NCBI GenBank assembly: GCA_001179505.1
Contig: CDMY01000310.1
Span: 1 to 64,000 of the forward strand
Length of the DNA: 64,000 bases
Reading direction: 5' to 3'
From: Vitrella brassicaformis CCMP3155
Lineage: Eukaryota > Protista > Chromerida
Below are positions 49,946-62,003 of the stretch, piece after piece (position 1 is the stretch's first letter; each line of letters starts with the position of its first letter). The notes below the pieces were generated by a model. That model did no database searches, was not told the DNA's origin, and saw only the letters and a list, made by a program, of their open reading frames with translations. The translations under genes and the position numbers were made by a program.

Positions 49946-51067
49946 ATGACGTCGCAGGCTGACGGCCGCCATCAGACCGAGAGCGATGAGCCCAGCGGCC
50001 CTCCCCCCTGCCCCTCGCTGCAGAGGCTCGCCATCAAGAAGTCCGCTGAGATGGCCATGTCGACTGACGTTCAGCAACGGGCGGCGCTGCGCGCGCAGAT
50101 CCGCGACCTGCCGGCTCTCGACAAGGAGACGATGTTGCGGCTCGTCAGGGAGCACGTTGAGGACGCGATGAGTCTTCTGGTGGTGCAAGACGCCTTGGCC
50201 GTCACGATTGGCGATGTGGAGAGCGGCTTGAAGGTCTTCCACTTGCTGGAGCTCGGCAGTGAGGAGTGGCGGGCCATGGGGCGGTTCCTTCGTCTGGCGA
50301 ATATCCACCAGCTGACGCCCGACACCGGTCTGCCTCTGGTGCTGAAGGCGCACTCACTGCCTGACCCGGAAGCCTTCCACCAGCTGCCCCTCGCCATGGC
50401 CATCTATCGCCTGTTCGGCCACCTGCTCAGCAGAGAAGGGATCACACTGCGGGGCGCCCGAGTCGGCGGACTGAGACTGGCGCTGCTGCAGGCCGAAAAC
50501 GGGGCCTATCGTATCGGCTGGCGGCAACGAGGTGTTGAGTTCCGTGTGGTGCCACTGGGTGAGCTGCCTGCCGGCCATCCCTATGGTGAGGGCTACAAGC
50601 GGACCGACCCCGTCATCCGACACCAAGGCGGGTTCCCACTGGGCGGGCTCTACCCCTCGTTCACGGCATTCCTGCTGCGCGGGCTGCTGGGCTGGGGGAA
50701 CCCAATGGTGAGCAACGCGATGAGCGTAGACCTCGGCAATGATGCCGGTCGCTATCGCTCCTTGCTCGCTGCCGATGTCAGCGAGAGTGACGGCATCGTC
50801 ACAGAATGTCGCAGCGACGACAGCATGGATGCGCCCCCTGACTACTGTCTGCTGATCAGCGGCTTCCGCCCCACAGAGACCGTCGCCGCCTCTATGTGCA
50901 TCAGATTCTCCTATTACGATCCGATTCATGCCGAGCTCTGCACGACCGAGTGGCGGAGAGGTCGTTACTCTGATCCGCTCCATCTCCGCTTCCCCGTCTC
51001 GGTTCCTCTGTGGCGGAGTGCGGTGCAGCGATTCGGTCTTGAGGATGACATCGTCATCGACACCTAG
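49946..51067 (+). CDS. Intronless hypothetical protein (~373 aa), probably from a lineage-specific family
   Basis: Single uninterrupted ORF with coding-like codon bias in a region where nearly every other gene has introns. No domain recognised. Confidence 0.7.
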   Translation: MTSQADGRHQTESDEPSGPPPCPSLQRLAIKKSAEMAMSTDVQQRAALRAQIRDLPALDKETMLRLVREHVEDAMSLLVVQDALAVTIGDVESGLKVFHLLELGSEEWRAMGRFLRLANIHQLTPDTGLPLVLKAHSLPDPEAFHQLPLAMAIYRLFGHLLSREGITLRGARVGGLRLALLQAENGAYRIGWRQRGVEFRVVPLGELPAGHPYGEGYKRTDPVIRHQGGFPLGGLYPSFTAFLLRGLLGWGNPMVSNAMSVDLGNDAGRYRSLLAADVSESDGIVTECRSDDSMDAPPDYCLLISGFRPTETVAASMCIRFSYYDPIHAELCTTEWRRGRYSDPLHLRFPVSVPLWRSAVQRFGLEDDIVIDT

Positions 51068-51575
51068 CGGGCAACCGACCGGTGAGTGGCTGGTGTGATG
51101 TGCTGGTGATGGAGTGAGGGGTGCGCTGGCCTTTGTCGAAGGGACGCGCTGTCTGTCGTTTCTTTCTCTTGAATGTGCGTGGTTAAGAGGGCTCGTGAGT
51201 GTGCGTGTGTGTATGTGTCTGCCTGGGGCCATGCTGCCTGCCCAGGATCGGTGGAGTGTGTAGATAGTGAACGGCCGTGTATGTGTACGTGTATGTGTGT
51301 ATGTGTGTGTGTATGTGACGTGCGTCACGGCGGACCCTCGTACCTTGATGTGACGTGTCTGCCAGCTGGGTTTCTGTGTGTATGTATGGGTGCGGACGTG
51401 ATAGCAGGTAAGATCCACGAAACGAAACGTTGAATCAACAGGATGGTGTGCGTGTCCTTCTACATCGCAGTCACGTTGAACTCGCATCGCCGCGTACTGT
51501 CATCGTTCATAACATAAAGACGTCTTCATCGCATCGCCAGACACACACCTACACCTACACCTACACCTACACCAC

Positions 51576-54500
51576 CTAGCTGTCTGCACGCCCTTCTACC
51601 AACTTGGTGTCTCCCAGCAGTCTGTGCAGCCTCACAGCCATTCGCCGAGTGGGGTGCTCACTCTCACCCTCCCGGAGGCTCGGCCACTCCTCCAGTGCAG
51701 CCACACACTGCTGCCAAAGCGCCAAGTCGCCCAGACAGGCAGGGTGGCTGACCAGGGGCGGCAGGGTGAGCGGCGGGAGGGGCGGCACGCCATGGGAGTC
51801 CATCGGCTCGCGAAAGAGCGATGTGTCTCTGTCTGAGTGGCCATCGACATGGTAGTCGCGGAGCAGCGATATCTGGTGGTGCGCGAGGGCGTCGAGCGTC
51901 TCGCCGCCGGCCATTTTCAGCCTGAACCAGACACACAAGCGGGGCGGGTAGGTTTCTCGACTGACGGTCGTCTCGTTCTGTCTCACTTGGATATCTTGGT
52001 CTCGGCCGCAGCGGCCACCAGCCGTCTGAGCAGCTGACGCACCAGGTCTGTGGGGCCGATGTGGGCGAGGGGAATGCCCCTGAGGCCATCCCTGGCCGTC
52101 ATGGCCCTGCTGATCAATCGCTGCACACTCTAATAATGACACCCGTACCACAGACAAACAACACACACCACACATGGTGTCTCTATCGTCTCTCTGCGTG
52201 TGTGTGTGCTCACCCCACCCACCCGCAGAATGTCCAGTTTGACTTTCCATGAGCACCCCACCAGCCAGTCCACACACGCGCGCACATAGGTCGCCAGGGC
52301 GTCGCTGTCGAGCGCATCTCTCGGCTGCTCGGCCAGCAGAACCTCGGTCAGCTGCAGGCAGGCCACCATCAGCGGATCCAATGACGCCGACGGCTGGTCG
52401 GCCTCTGCTGCCGTGTCAGAGGCCTTGTCCAGCACCTTAACAGAGGGAGAGATATGGCCAAAGTGTGTGGGTCTGTGTGGTGGCGGGAGGGGGGGTGCCT
52501 GCCTGTGTGGCGATGGCTTTGAGCACCGGAGCCACTTGCGGCTCGATGACGTCGTCGACCAGCTTGGCCTCCTTCATCTCTGCGCGTCGGTGAATGTACT
52601 TCTCAATCGCCCTGACGGCCGTGGTGCGGTCGGCCACCGTGCTCTTGTGTGCGTATGACGACACCCCCTTACACACACACACACAGAGAGACAGACAGTT
52701 CACACACATACCCCTCTCCCCCCTCTCTCTCTGTCTCTCTCTGTCTCTCTCTGTCACCTGAATGAGCTGGTTTGTGTCAGGTGGGTGTCTTATGGCAGTG
52801 AGCACCGCAGCGATGTCGAGAAGCGCCGCAGCGACGGCCGCGCCCCCAGTGAATGTGGGAAGGGAGAGGGCGAAGGAGTGGAGCGTGTCGTAGAGGCGCC
52901 GAAGCTCCGCCCTCTCGTCTTTGGTGCAGTGGGAGTCGGGCACCGACCCACCACTGCGGCTCTGAGGAGTGATCAATATGACACACACACACAGAGAGAG
53001 ACACTCGTGTGGTGTGTGTTTCTGCGGTGAGGTGGAGAGGGGGCGGTGTGTGTGTGTGTGTGTGCGTGCTGTGTGGTCATACGAGGAGTGACGGGAAGAG
53101 TTTGTCAGTGAGTGCGGCGATGCACTTGCAGCAGTCCGTCTTGTCGGCGCGAGAAGGGCTCGACAGACCCTGTGTGTGCACCACACACGTATCGCCTCTC
53201 TGCTGTCTGTGTGCGGTGTGTGGCCTCCCTCACGTCGATCAGCTGTTTGGAAATGTCGGTGAGGAACCGGTCGATGGCCGCCGACTCGCTGGGCGCCAAC
53301 TCATCCCACAGCTGCACACACACACACACACACACACATACACACACTGCCACCCTCCCTCCCTCCCCGGCTGTCTCTCTCGCTGCTGACCTCAGTCCAG
53401 ACTTTGCTGGTGCCCTCGTCGCTGGCGAACCGCAGCACAAAGGCCAGGCCCACCATCTCGCCCTTGAGCTCATCCAGATGCTCGCCGCATTTTCTGCACC
53501 CCACAAACATCATGTTAGAACATTGGCGAAGGGGCCATGTGTGTGTGTGTGTGTGTGAGAGTGTGTCGGCACCTGGCGAGCTCGATCAGTGCGGTGCCGG
53601 CCACCTTTCTGTAGCTGGCTCGCGAGGCCTCGTCGCTAAGCTGGGGGGGCGGCGCCTTGAACAACCTCCTGGTCACCTGACACACACACACACACACACA
53701 CGTGTCCGTGTCCGTGTGTGTGTGTGTGTATCAGGTGACCGCACTTCTGCGAGTGTGTCGTGTGCGGCGAGTCGCCCCATGTGCGCAAAGGCGGTCGCTG
53801 AGGCCCTCTGGACAGCCACTGAGGGATCGGTCAGAGAGCTCGACAGCACCTGCAGGCATCAACGAACGACACACGGGGGTGCCTGTCTGTCCGTCCGTCC
53901 GTCTGTCTGCCTGGTCGCTCGCCTTGAGCATTGTGTTGGCCGCTGTTTGGTCGATGGCCAGCCGTCCCCTCTCGCCAGCCACCCAGGTGATGAACTGACA
54001 CACACCCACACTTCAGACACACACAGGACAGCACAGGACACACAATGGTGCGCACAAATGGTGCGCCCGTGTGTGTGCCATGTGCCGATTGCATACCGAG
54101 TAATGTGCCCCACACCGGTTCTTAGCAGCTGTGAGAGCGCGGGCACCAGCTCAGCAAATCTGGGAGGGTCAACCATCGGTACCTGTGGGCACACACCACA
54201 CACACACACACACACAGAGAGAGAGAGGGTGGGCGACTACACACACAGAGTGGTTTACGTACCAGCTTCTGCAGTGTGGCCCAGTGGGTCGAGTCGAGCC
54301 GCTGCGACAAAGCCACCCGAGCACTCTCAAACTGCGCCTGCGAATACCTGCACACACCGACACACACAAACATCGAGCACACACCGACACACACAATACT
54401 CAGATGTGTGAGTCGGTCCAGCCCACTCACCCAAGTGATTCTGCGTGGAACTGTGTGTAGGCCAGACTGCGGTCTTCGGAGGCTGCCAGGGCCTCAATCA

Positions 54501-57500
54501 GGAAGGGCACCACTTTGCTGAGCAGCAGTTGTGTGTGGCTGCCGGCCCTCTCCAGCGAAGCCTTGAGCGTGTCCAGACACAGCAGACACACCTAAGACCA
54601 CACACATGACCCACATGACACACAGGACACACACACACACAGATGGCCCCGACGCACCACAGAGCCCACCGCTTTGTTGCTGTTGGTCTCGGTGAGGGCC
54701 TTCATGAGCTCGACGGTGGTCGGCAGGGCTTCCAGCACGTCGGCGAGCGGCGATGTGTCGGCGTCGCAGGCCGACACGGCGAGGCCCTTGAGTGTGCGCG
54801 AGAGAGGCGTGGCTGCCTTCAGCACCTGCACACACACACACACACACACAACACGGGGAAGGTCTCTCTCTGTCTGTCTGTCTGTCTGTCGGCTGACGGA
54901 CATTTTCCTCCATGTCGTCCATGACGCGCACTGTGGCCCTCCACAGCCACTCATAATGGCCACTCAACTGCACACACACACACACACACACGCTCTCTAT
55001 GTCTGTGTGTGTGGTTTGGGTCAGTCAGTTGTGTGCTGACGGACGTCTGTCCATCGTCGGCCCCTCAGCAGGAGTGTCAGCGCCCTGCACGCCGCCACAC
55101 GCGTCTCAGCAGAATACGCCTCCAAACCCTGCAATTTCACAAAGGTGTCTGGTCTGTCTGTCTGTCTGTGTGTCTGTGTGTGTGAGAGTATGGGTGTGCC
55201 TGGATGAGGTTTGGCAGTGCAGCCTTCCACTCTGCTGCGGTGCCGACAAACGCCGCGGCCGACTCCACACCGAACCGAGCGCAGCACAGCTGCTCCGTCG
55301 CCACACGCACTGACACACACACACACACACACACACACACAAGTCCCGTGCGCGTCTTGGCCGCCGCACACACACCCATTCCACCTTGGTCATTGCCGTG
55401 AAAGAGGTAGAGGACCATTTTGCTCTTGAGCGATGAGGGGCAGACCAGCCTGGCCAGGGTGGGTGTGTGGGGCATGGTGAGGCACGGCGCCATGAGGTCG
55501 ACCGTGGCAGTGAATGGCTCAGATGTGAAGGCTGACGGCTGCGGCTGGTCCATGTAGGCGAAGAGCAAGGGGTGGTGAGAGAGGGTGCGGGCGACATTGG
55601 CTGCACCCAATACACACACACACACACAATGATGGATAAGGCATTGGGGGGGAGAGGGGTGCAGGCTGACCGAACTCCTTGAGCAGGGCCAGCCGTGCGG
55701 TGGCTGCCTGTGTGTCCGACATGAGGGCCAGTGTCTGCACACACACACACACACACACACACAGAGCGAGAGAGAGAGAGAGATAAAGCCCCCAGCCACC
55801 GACCCACCTTGTCAGCGGCCTTCTGCTGCAACCGTTGGTCTCCCTCACTCTGCATCTTCATCACCCTCTTCCAGTTGGTCGCCGCCGTCTTGAGCACCAG
55901 TTTGCAGACCTCCTGCCGCACCGACACCAATGTGCCGACCTCGGCCTCACTCGTCAGCTCACAGGCCCACTTGTAGGTGCGGACGAGGGCGCGCCACGCG
56001 CACTCGCCGACAAAGACGGAGGGGTCGGGGAGCCGTTCGCAGAGCGACTCGGCGATTTGTGTGATGTGTTTGGCGAGGGCGGGGTGGGTGTGTGGGGGCA
56101 GGTCATCATGCTTGAGGAGCACTGCCCACCAGACACAGACGCTGCGCTCCATCTCGCGCTTGTCCAGCTCGTCCAGATCCACTTTCACCTCTTGCACACC
56201 CACCTGCACACACACACACACACAGGATGTTCCCTCTCTGCCTCTTTGGTGTGGTGTGGTGTGGTGTGTGGTCACCTTGACTGTCTGAGTCCTCTTCGTG
56301 CCCCTCTGGGCTGCCTCCTCCATGAACCGTGATGGGGCCTCAATTATGGCCGTGATGAGCCGCTCGGTGCGAGAGGAGCCCTTGGCTGTGGCTGTGGCGG
56401 TGGTGTGTGCGAGCAGCATCGCCGAGAGGGCCGCGCCGATGCGGCACTTGGCGACCTCTTCGCGGCGGGTGCCCTCCTGCACACCACAAACACACACACA
56501 AATGTCCACCCACCGTGGTACGGTGAGAGGGTAGGGGGGGTGAGCAAAGGACACGCACATACTTGTAGCAGCAGCTGCAGGCATGTGTCGTAGGTGTGGT
56601 CGTCGTATCGGCCGCCGATGCCGCCCAGAGCCATCCAGGCTCCCTGACACAGCAAGGCACCCCGAGTGCCCTGCGGACCTGAGACACACACACATTCATG
56701 TGGATGGATGGAAAGACCCAAAGCATCTTTCCCTCACCGATTGTCTCCTCACTGCTGTCGATGGCGGCGTACCTCCGCCCCACAGCCTTCAGTGCCTCCA
56801 CCACAGCGCCGATCTGCTGGTGCTCTTGCTGTGGTGGTCCATCACTGTCACTGTGCCGCAGCGGAAGTGGCAGTGTTCGTCGCGCACACACCGCCTCGAT
56901 GCTCTCACAACACGCCAGCAGCAGCTCGAGCGACGCACTCGACTCAGACAGGCTCTTCAAGACGCACTCAAAGGCACCAGACTGCACCTGAGGGTCGAGG
57001 GAGGGCTCGAGCCGGCCAATCAGGTGGCCCAGAGCGACCACAGCGCCAGCCGCGCTGTCCTCCTCTTTGCTCTCCTCGGATGTTGCCCGCCGGTGGAAGT
57101 CCTTGAGCCACTGCCGCTGTGTGTCGATTGGCATGCTCTCTGCCAGCCGTCCGATCAGCGAGGCCATCTTGCGCCTGTTGCTGCCGCCCGAGTAGAGGAT
57201 GCCCTCGATGAGCAAAGGCAGCCTCCTCTCCAGCTGAGGAAGGATCGTTTTGGTACTGGCAGCTGTCAGGTCTAGGACGGTGAGCAGCAGCTGGGCGATG
57301 AGAAAGTGCGATCGGAACATGGTGGCGTGGGTGTCGTCGGGCACCAGCAGTGTGTCGAGGGCATAGATGAGGGCGTAGAGGCTCTGTGCCGACGGCAGCT
57401 CGGGCGCACTCGGCAAGTCGAGAGCAGCGGACACACGCTCCTGAAAGTCACACACACAAGGCACAGAGACAGACAGAGGCACGGGCACTTTCGTCCAACT

Positions 57501-60474
57501 GCACCCGAGAAGTACCTTCTCTGTCTGCTCAATGATTGTCTCCTCCTCAGCGGTGTCATCTTCCTCTTGCACGGCTCCTTCCCCGTCAGCATCAGCAGCA
57601 GCATCAGCACCAGGAGGACCGTCCTGCCCCCCCACCTCCACTTTTTGCCGCTTCCTCTCGGGGGGCGAGTCGGGCAGCTGTCGTGTGCCCGTGGATCCGG
57701 TAATGGTGGTGGTATCCTTCTGCTGTTGCTGCTGCTGCTGCTGTTGCTGTTGCTGTTGCTGGGCCGCCTGCCACGCCGCGTGTCGGGCAATGTCGTTCTT
57801 GACGCACTGCAGTGCGTAGTGCATCAGCTCCTGACGCTCCGACAGAGAGACGGGGGCTGAGGGGAACTGGGGGAGGGGGATGGGCACCGCGCTGACGGCT
57901 GCCAGCCACTCGGACTCGGTCTGCGGGCGTGTGTTGCTCGGAGGGGGTGGGGGGAATCGCTCCATCACTGTGAAGGCGATGAAGTTCTCGAACGACGGCA
58001 GGTCCAGCCGGTGCTGCTCGATCAGAGTGGCGGCCGCATCGCGCACACCACGGTCGGTGTCCGCTGACGCCTTAACCGCATAGTACCTGCCAGCAGCGGT
58101 GTCAGGCCCATAGAGCACCGAGGCCCAGCGCATGGCCTCCTTTTTGACCCCTCCCACACGCACAGCCGAGTAGCGGTCCAGGATGGCGAGGGCCTGCTCG
58201 CGGACGGCCGGCGGCTGCTCCTTGATGCAGGCGGCCAGGCCACCCAAGAGCTCCAAAATGTGCGGGCCGCCGCCTTTGCGACGAGTGAGCTTGTTGAACA
58301 GCTGACAGACAGACACAGACACAGAGAGAGAGAGAGAGAGGAGCTGAGGTGCTTCTGGTGGCAGTGCAGGGGGAAAGGAATGCTCAGCTCACGTGTGGTG
58401 TGGCCTCCAGTGCAAGAGCTGGGAGGTCCGGTGCGGTGGCGTGTTTGTGCAGAAGGGTCGCCGCAACACGATAGGCGAGAGTGGTGGACGGATCTGACGA
58501 AGCACACACACACACACACGCATTCGACACCTCTCGCCTATCCACCGACACACACACGTACAAGCAAGTGTCCTGCCCTACCCTCTCCGTGCTCGTCTTC
58601 CACGTCAGTGTGGATGAAGGTCTCATAGAGCGACTTGAAGATGGCGCCGCAGTGAGGCCTGAGGGCGTCCGGTTGGCCGTGCAGCACCACCCACCGCCCC
58701 AACTGCAAAGCGGCCTTGTGCAGCTCGGGAGAGGGAGCCGCCAGGGCCTCCTCATACACCTGAAGGAATGAATGGATGTGCGAACATCCCTATTTGTGTG
58801 TGTCTGGTGTGGATCGCATGTTATGTTCACCTGGAAGATGTAGGGCAGGTAGTTGGCCGCTCGTAGCGACCGGCTCAGCAGCTGGAGCGCCTTGACGTGC
58901 ACTCGCTGACACACACACACGCATATACACACACCAAAGAGTTGTGTGTGTGCAGACGGCCGTCTGCCATGTGTGTCACCCACTCACCTGTGGGACTCGC
59001 CATCTCCTGCCCTCCACCCTGGGCACCACCGTCACGGGGCCAAACACATCCCCCCCACTCACCACAAACGGACCCACGCTCCCACCACTCGGAGGCGCCT
59101 CCCTCCTCTCTGTCCCCTCTCCCGCCCCTGGCCCATTCTCACCAACCGCAGACACGGGCATGGGCGGTGGTGGTGGCGGCGGCTTCTCCAACACGCTCTC
59201 AATAATTGCCGCGATGAATCGGTCGTCGTTGACGTCCATCTGGCCCTGAATGGTCTTGACCATGCCGTCAGCGGCGTTTGCCGTCTGCTCGTCGTGAGGG
59301 TCGCAGGAGGCGATGAGCAGCAGGGGGTAGGCCACCAGTGGGGGGATGGCGGGGTGCGAGAGCAACGCCAAAACGGGAGGCTTTAGTGCCCGCCAGGACT
59401 CGGGAGGGTGCGCCTTGACTTTGGGCTTCCTGCACACAGAGACACACACGTGTGTCGTGTGAGTGTGGTCACCCACACCAACAGCCACCTCCCCCCCCAC
59501 CTCCGCACTGACCAGTGTGTCCACATGTTGGCGGTGAGTCCGGCCATGGACACGGCATCGCCACTGCCAGACGGAATCAACAGCAGCTCGCGAATGCCCG
59601 ACAATAGCCTGCACACATCGATCCATCCATCCATCCATCCCCATCACAGAGCGCACACAAAGACGGCACCACACGATCTCTCACTCCCTCACCGTTCCAC
59701 GTGTTTCCTGTCGGCATCTCTGATCCACTCGGCCACAGCGCGCCTCTTGTCCGTTCCCTCTTTTGACAAGTGTGGCGGCAGGCAGCTGGCCAGGAAGATG
59801 GTGAAAGGGGGGATGAACTTGTCGGGCAGAGAGGGGAACACGGGCAGCAGGGCCGAGGCGCAGCTGAGCTTGGTCGGCTCGTCTGCACGCTGCACGCACC
59901 AAAACAAACAGCGCAAATCAGACAGACATATAGTGCGCATGGGTGTGTGGTGTGATGGTGCGGACCGACTCACCTGGATGCCGAGTTCCAAGAAGACGAG
60001 CGAGAGGTTGCGGAAGAGGATGACGCCGTTGCCCTCCATCGGCTTGGTGGCCCACATGGTGATGACCTTCTCGGACGGCACGGTGATGCCAGACACATTG
60101 CCCTTCACACGAATGATGATCTACACGCACACACCACCCCATCACACACACAAGAAAGTCTTCGAGAGTGCGCCACGTCCGTCAGTCATTGGTATCTGAC
60201 GACGTACGTGGTTGAGAATTTCAATGACGCCCTTCCGATCTGCGTCGGTGCAGATGAGCAGCTCCTCCAAAACGGCCGGCAGGATCTGACACACACACAC
60301 ACACACGGACACACACAGAGACCAATAAAAGCAGCACTGCATTCTTCAACGTTTCGTCTGTTGATGTGATCTGCCCACCTTGTCGAGCATTGCCGTCATC
60401 TTGGCGTCCTCTGTGTGCGTCAGGCGAATCAGCATCTTCGCGTACATCTCAGCCTTGCCCGACTCAGACGCCAT
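51576..60474 (-). CDS. ECM29: Proteasome adaptor/scaffold ECM29 (HEAT-repeat protein)
   Basis: More than 25 exons. N-terminal ILPAVLEELL...RKGVIEILNHVRRQI and LFRNLSLVFLELGIQR; later LQGLEAYSAETRVAACRALTLLLRGRRW...WLWRATVRVMDDMEENV, matching the ECM29 WRxREAsC.AL.DLL.GR...LW...FRv.DDiKEsVR region. Confidence 0.8.
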
Positions 60475-60595
60475 CTTCTCTCTGCAGGGACGCAGAACTG
60501 ATCAGATCTCAATCAGGCTCAGTCAATTAACACATCCGCAGGACGCTGCACTGGTAAAAACATTGCATGAACCCCTCGTTTCTGTCCCGCCTCCC

Positions 60596-60616
60596 TGCGA
60601 GCTTTACTGCGAGCTT
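60596..60616 (+). promoter_or_regulatory. Two tandem TGCGAGCTT elements (ECM29/pacifastin-like divergent promoter)
   Basis: tgcgagctt-tac-tgcgagctt between the ATGs at 60474 (-) and 60857 (+). Confidence 0.6.
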
Positions 60617-60856
60617 GAAAGGGATCGACACCACCTGTCTCTTTCTTCAGCCGGAACAAACGCAAACACAGAGGTGAGAGAGGGAGAGAGATGCACTTTC
60701 ATCCTATGCCACCAAACACGGACCATTAACGTTTCTGACTGTGCGGTCTGATCTGCCTCTCGTGGCTGGCTGCAGAAAGGACAACATACACCCGACACAG
60801 CCAGCGTCACTTATCAAGACCAAGCTGCAGGGGAGCATCAAGCATCAAGCACGAAG

Positions 60857-61544
60857 ATGACCAAGATCAGCCTTGCTGCCCTAGTGGTGATGGTCGCCTT
60901 GATTGGCGTGGCGGCCGCCGTGCCCGAGTCGGGCGATGGTGGCCGCGTCTGTCCCTCTGGGTGCGTCTCATGGTTCGACGGTATGGGATGACGAACAGCG
61001 GTTCCATGGTGTGTGGGTGGGTGCCTTATTGGCTGGTATGTGTGTGTTGGTTGCCTGCGTCTGTCAGGGTGCAATAATTGCTTCTGCAACGAGGACGGCA
61101 GCCTCGGCGGCTGCACACGGAAATTCTGCCCACCTGGCACCGAGGAGCCCCCCAGATGCCGCAAATGGGGTCAGTCAACGAGGGAAATTGTCCGATCCAC
61201 TCACTCTGTGTGCTCATGTGGCTGTGTCTGGCTGTGTGTGTGCGTGTAGCCGAGCCCGAGCGCCTCTGCCCCGTTGGCTGCCTGCAGTGGTTCGATGGCT
61301 GCAACTGGTGCCAGTGCAGTGAGGACGGGACGCTGGGAGCCTGCACACTCAGACTCTGCCCGCCGGGGACAGAAGAGCCTCCGAAGTGCCTCAGATGGGG
61401 TAAGCGTGGGCACACGAGCATGTGTGAGTGTCATGTGAGCGTCATGTGTGCCGCCTCGTTGTGTGTGTGTGTGTGGTGGATGCAGCCACGACGACTACGC
61501 CGGGCCCGGGCCCGGGCCCCCCTCCTGAAGAGGACCTCGAGTGA
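60857..61544 (+). CDS. Secreted two-domain pacifastin-like serine-protease inhibitor, copy B
   Basis: Signal peptide MTKISLAALVVMVALIGVAAA; the two Cys domains are nearly identical to copy A (CTRKFC, CTLRLC); tail ATTTTPGPGPGPPPEEDLE*. Same intron positions as copy A. Confidence 0.75.
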
Positions 61545-62003
61545 AAGACAGAGCCTGCAAGACACACACGGGCCAGCCAGCCCGCCTGTAGATACAGACA
61601 GCTGATGGGTTACACATGTGTTTGTGCGTGCCAGTAGTGAGTGTTAGAGAGAGAGCTGGGGGGTGGGTGTCTGAACCATGGGTATTTGTCAGTTTCTCGG
61701 GCTAGGTGGCCGGCTCCCCGTGTCGCGGGTTGTCTGTCTGTCTGTCTGCCTGCCTGCCTGTCGATAGTCAATTGGTGCGTGGGCTTTCCCGTTTGTGTGG
61801 CTGTGTCTGCTGCTCGGTCTTTTTTTCAATGTGAGACAGACGGGACGCATGCACCGTGAATGAAGGCGTGGGTGGCTGATCGATCAGCATGCAGGAAGTC
61901 CTGCGCGCGTGCGTCCATAAAATAAATATTCATCACAAACACGTCCACACACACAGAAGGGTCCATCACTCACTCAGCTGTCTGCCCGTCGCGTCTTCTG
62001 CGT

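Larger units (their letters stand above)
60480..61869 (+). repeat. Right arm of the inverted duplication (partner 47920-49390)
   Basis: See left arm. It begins immediately upstream of the ECM29 ATG and includes the shared promoter interval. Confidence 0.9.

Noticed and set aside
47920-61869. DNA transposon with terminal inverted repeats
   Set aside because: The arms are a whole host gene with introns. No transposase motif or target-site duplication is visible, and the interior is ECM29.
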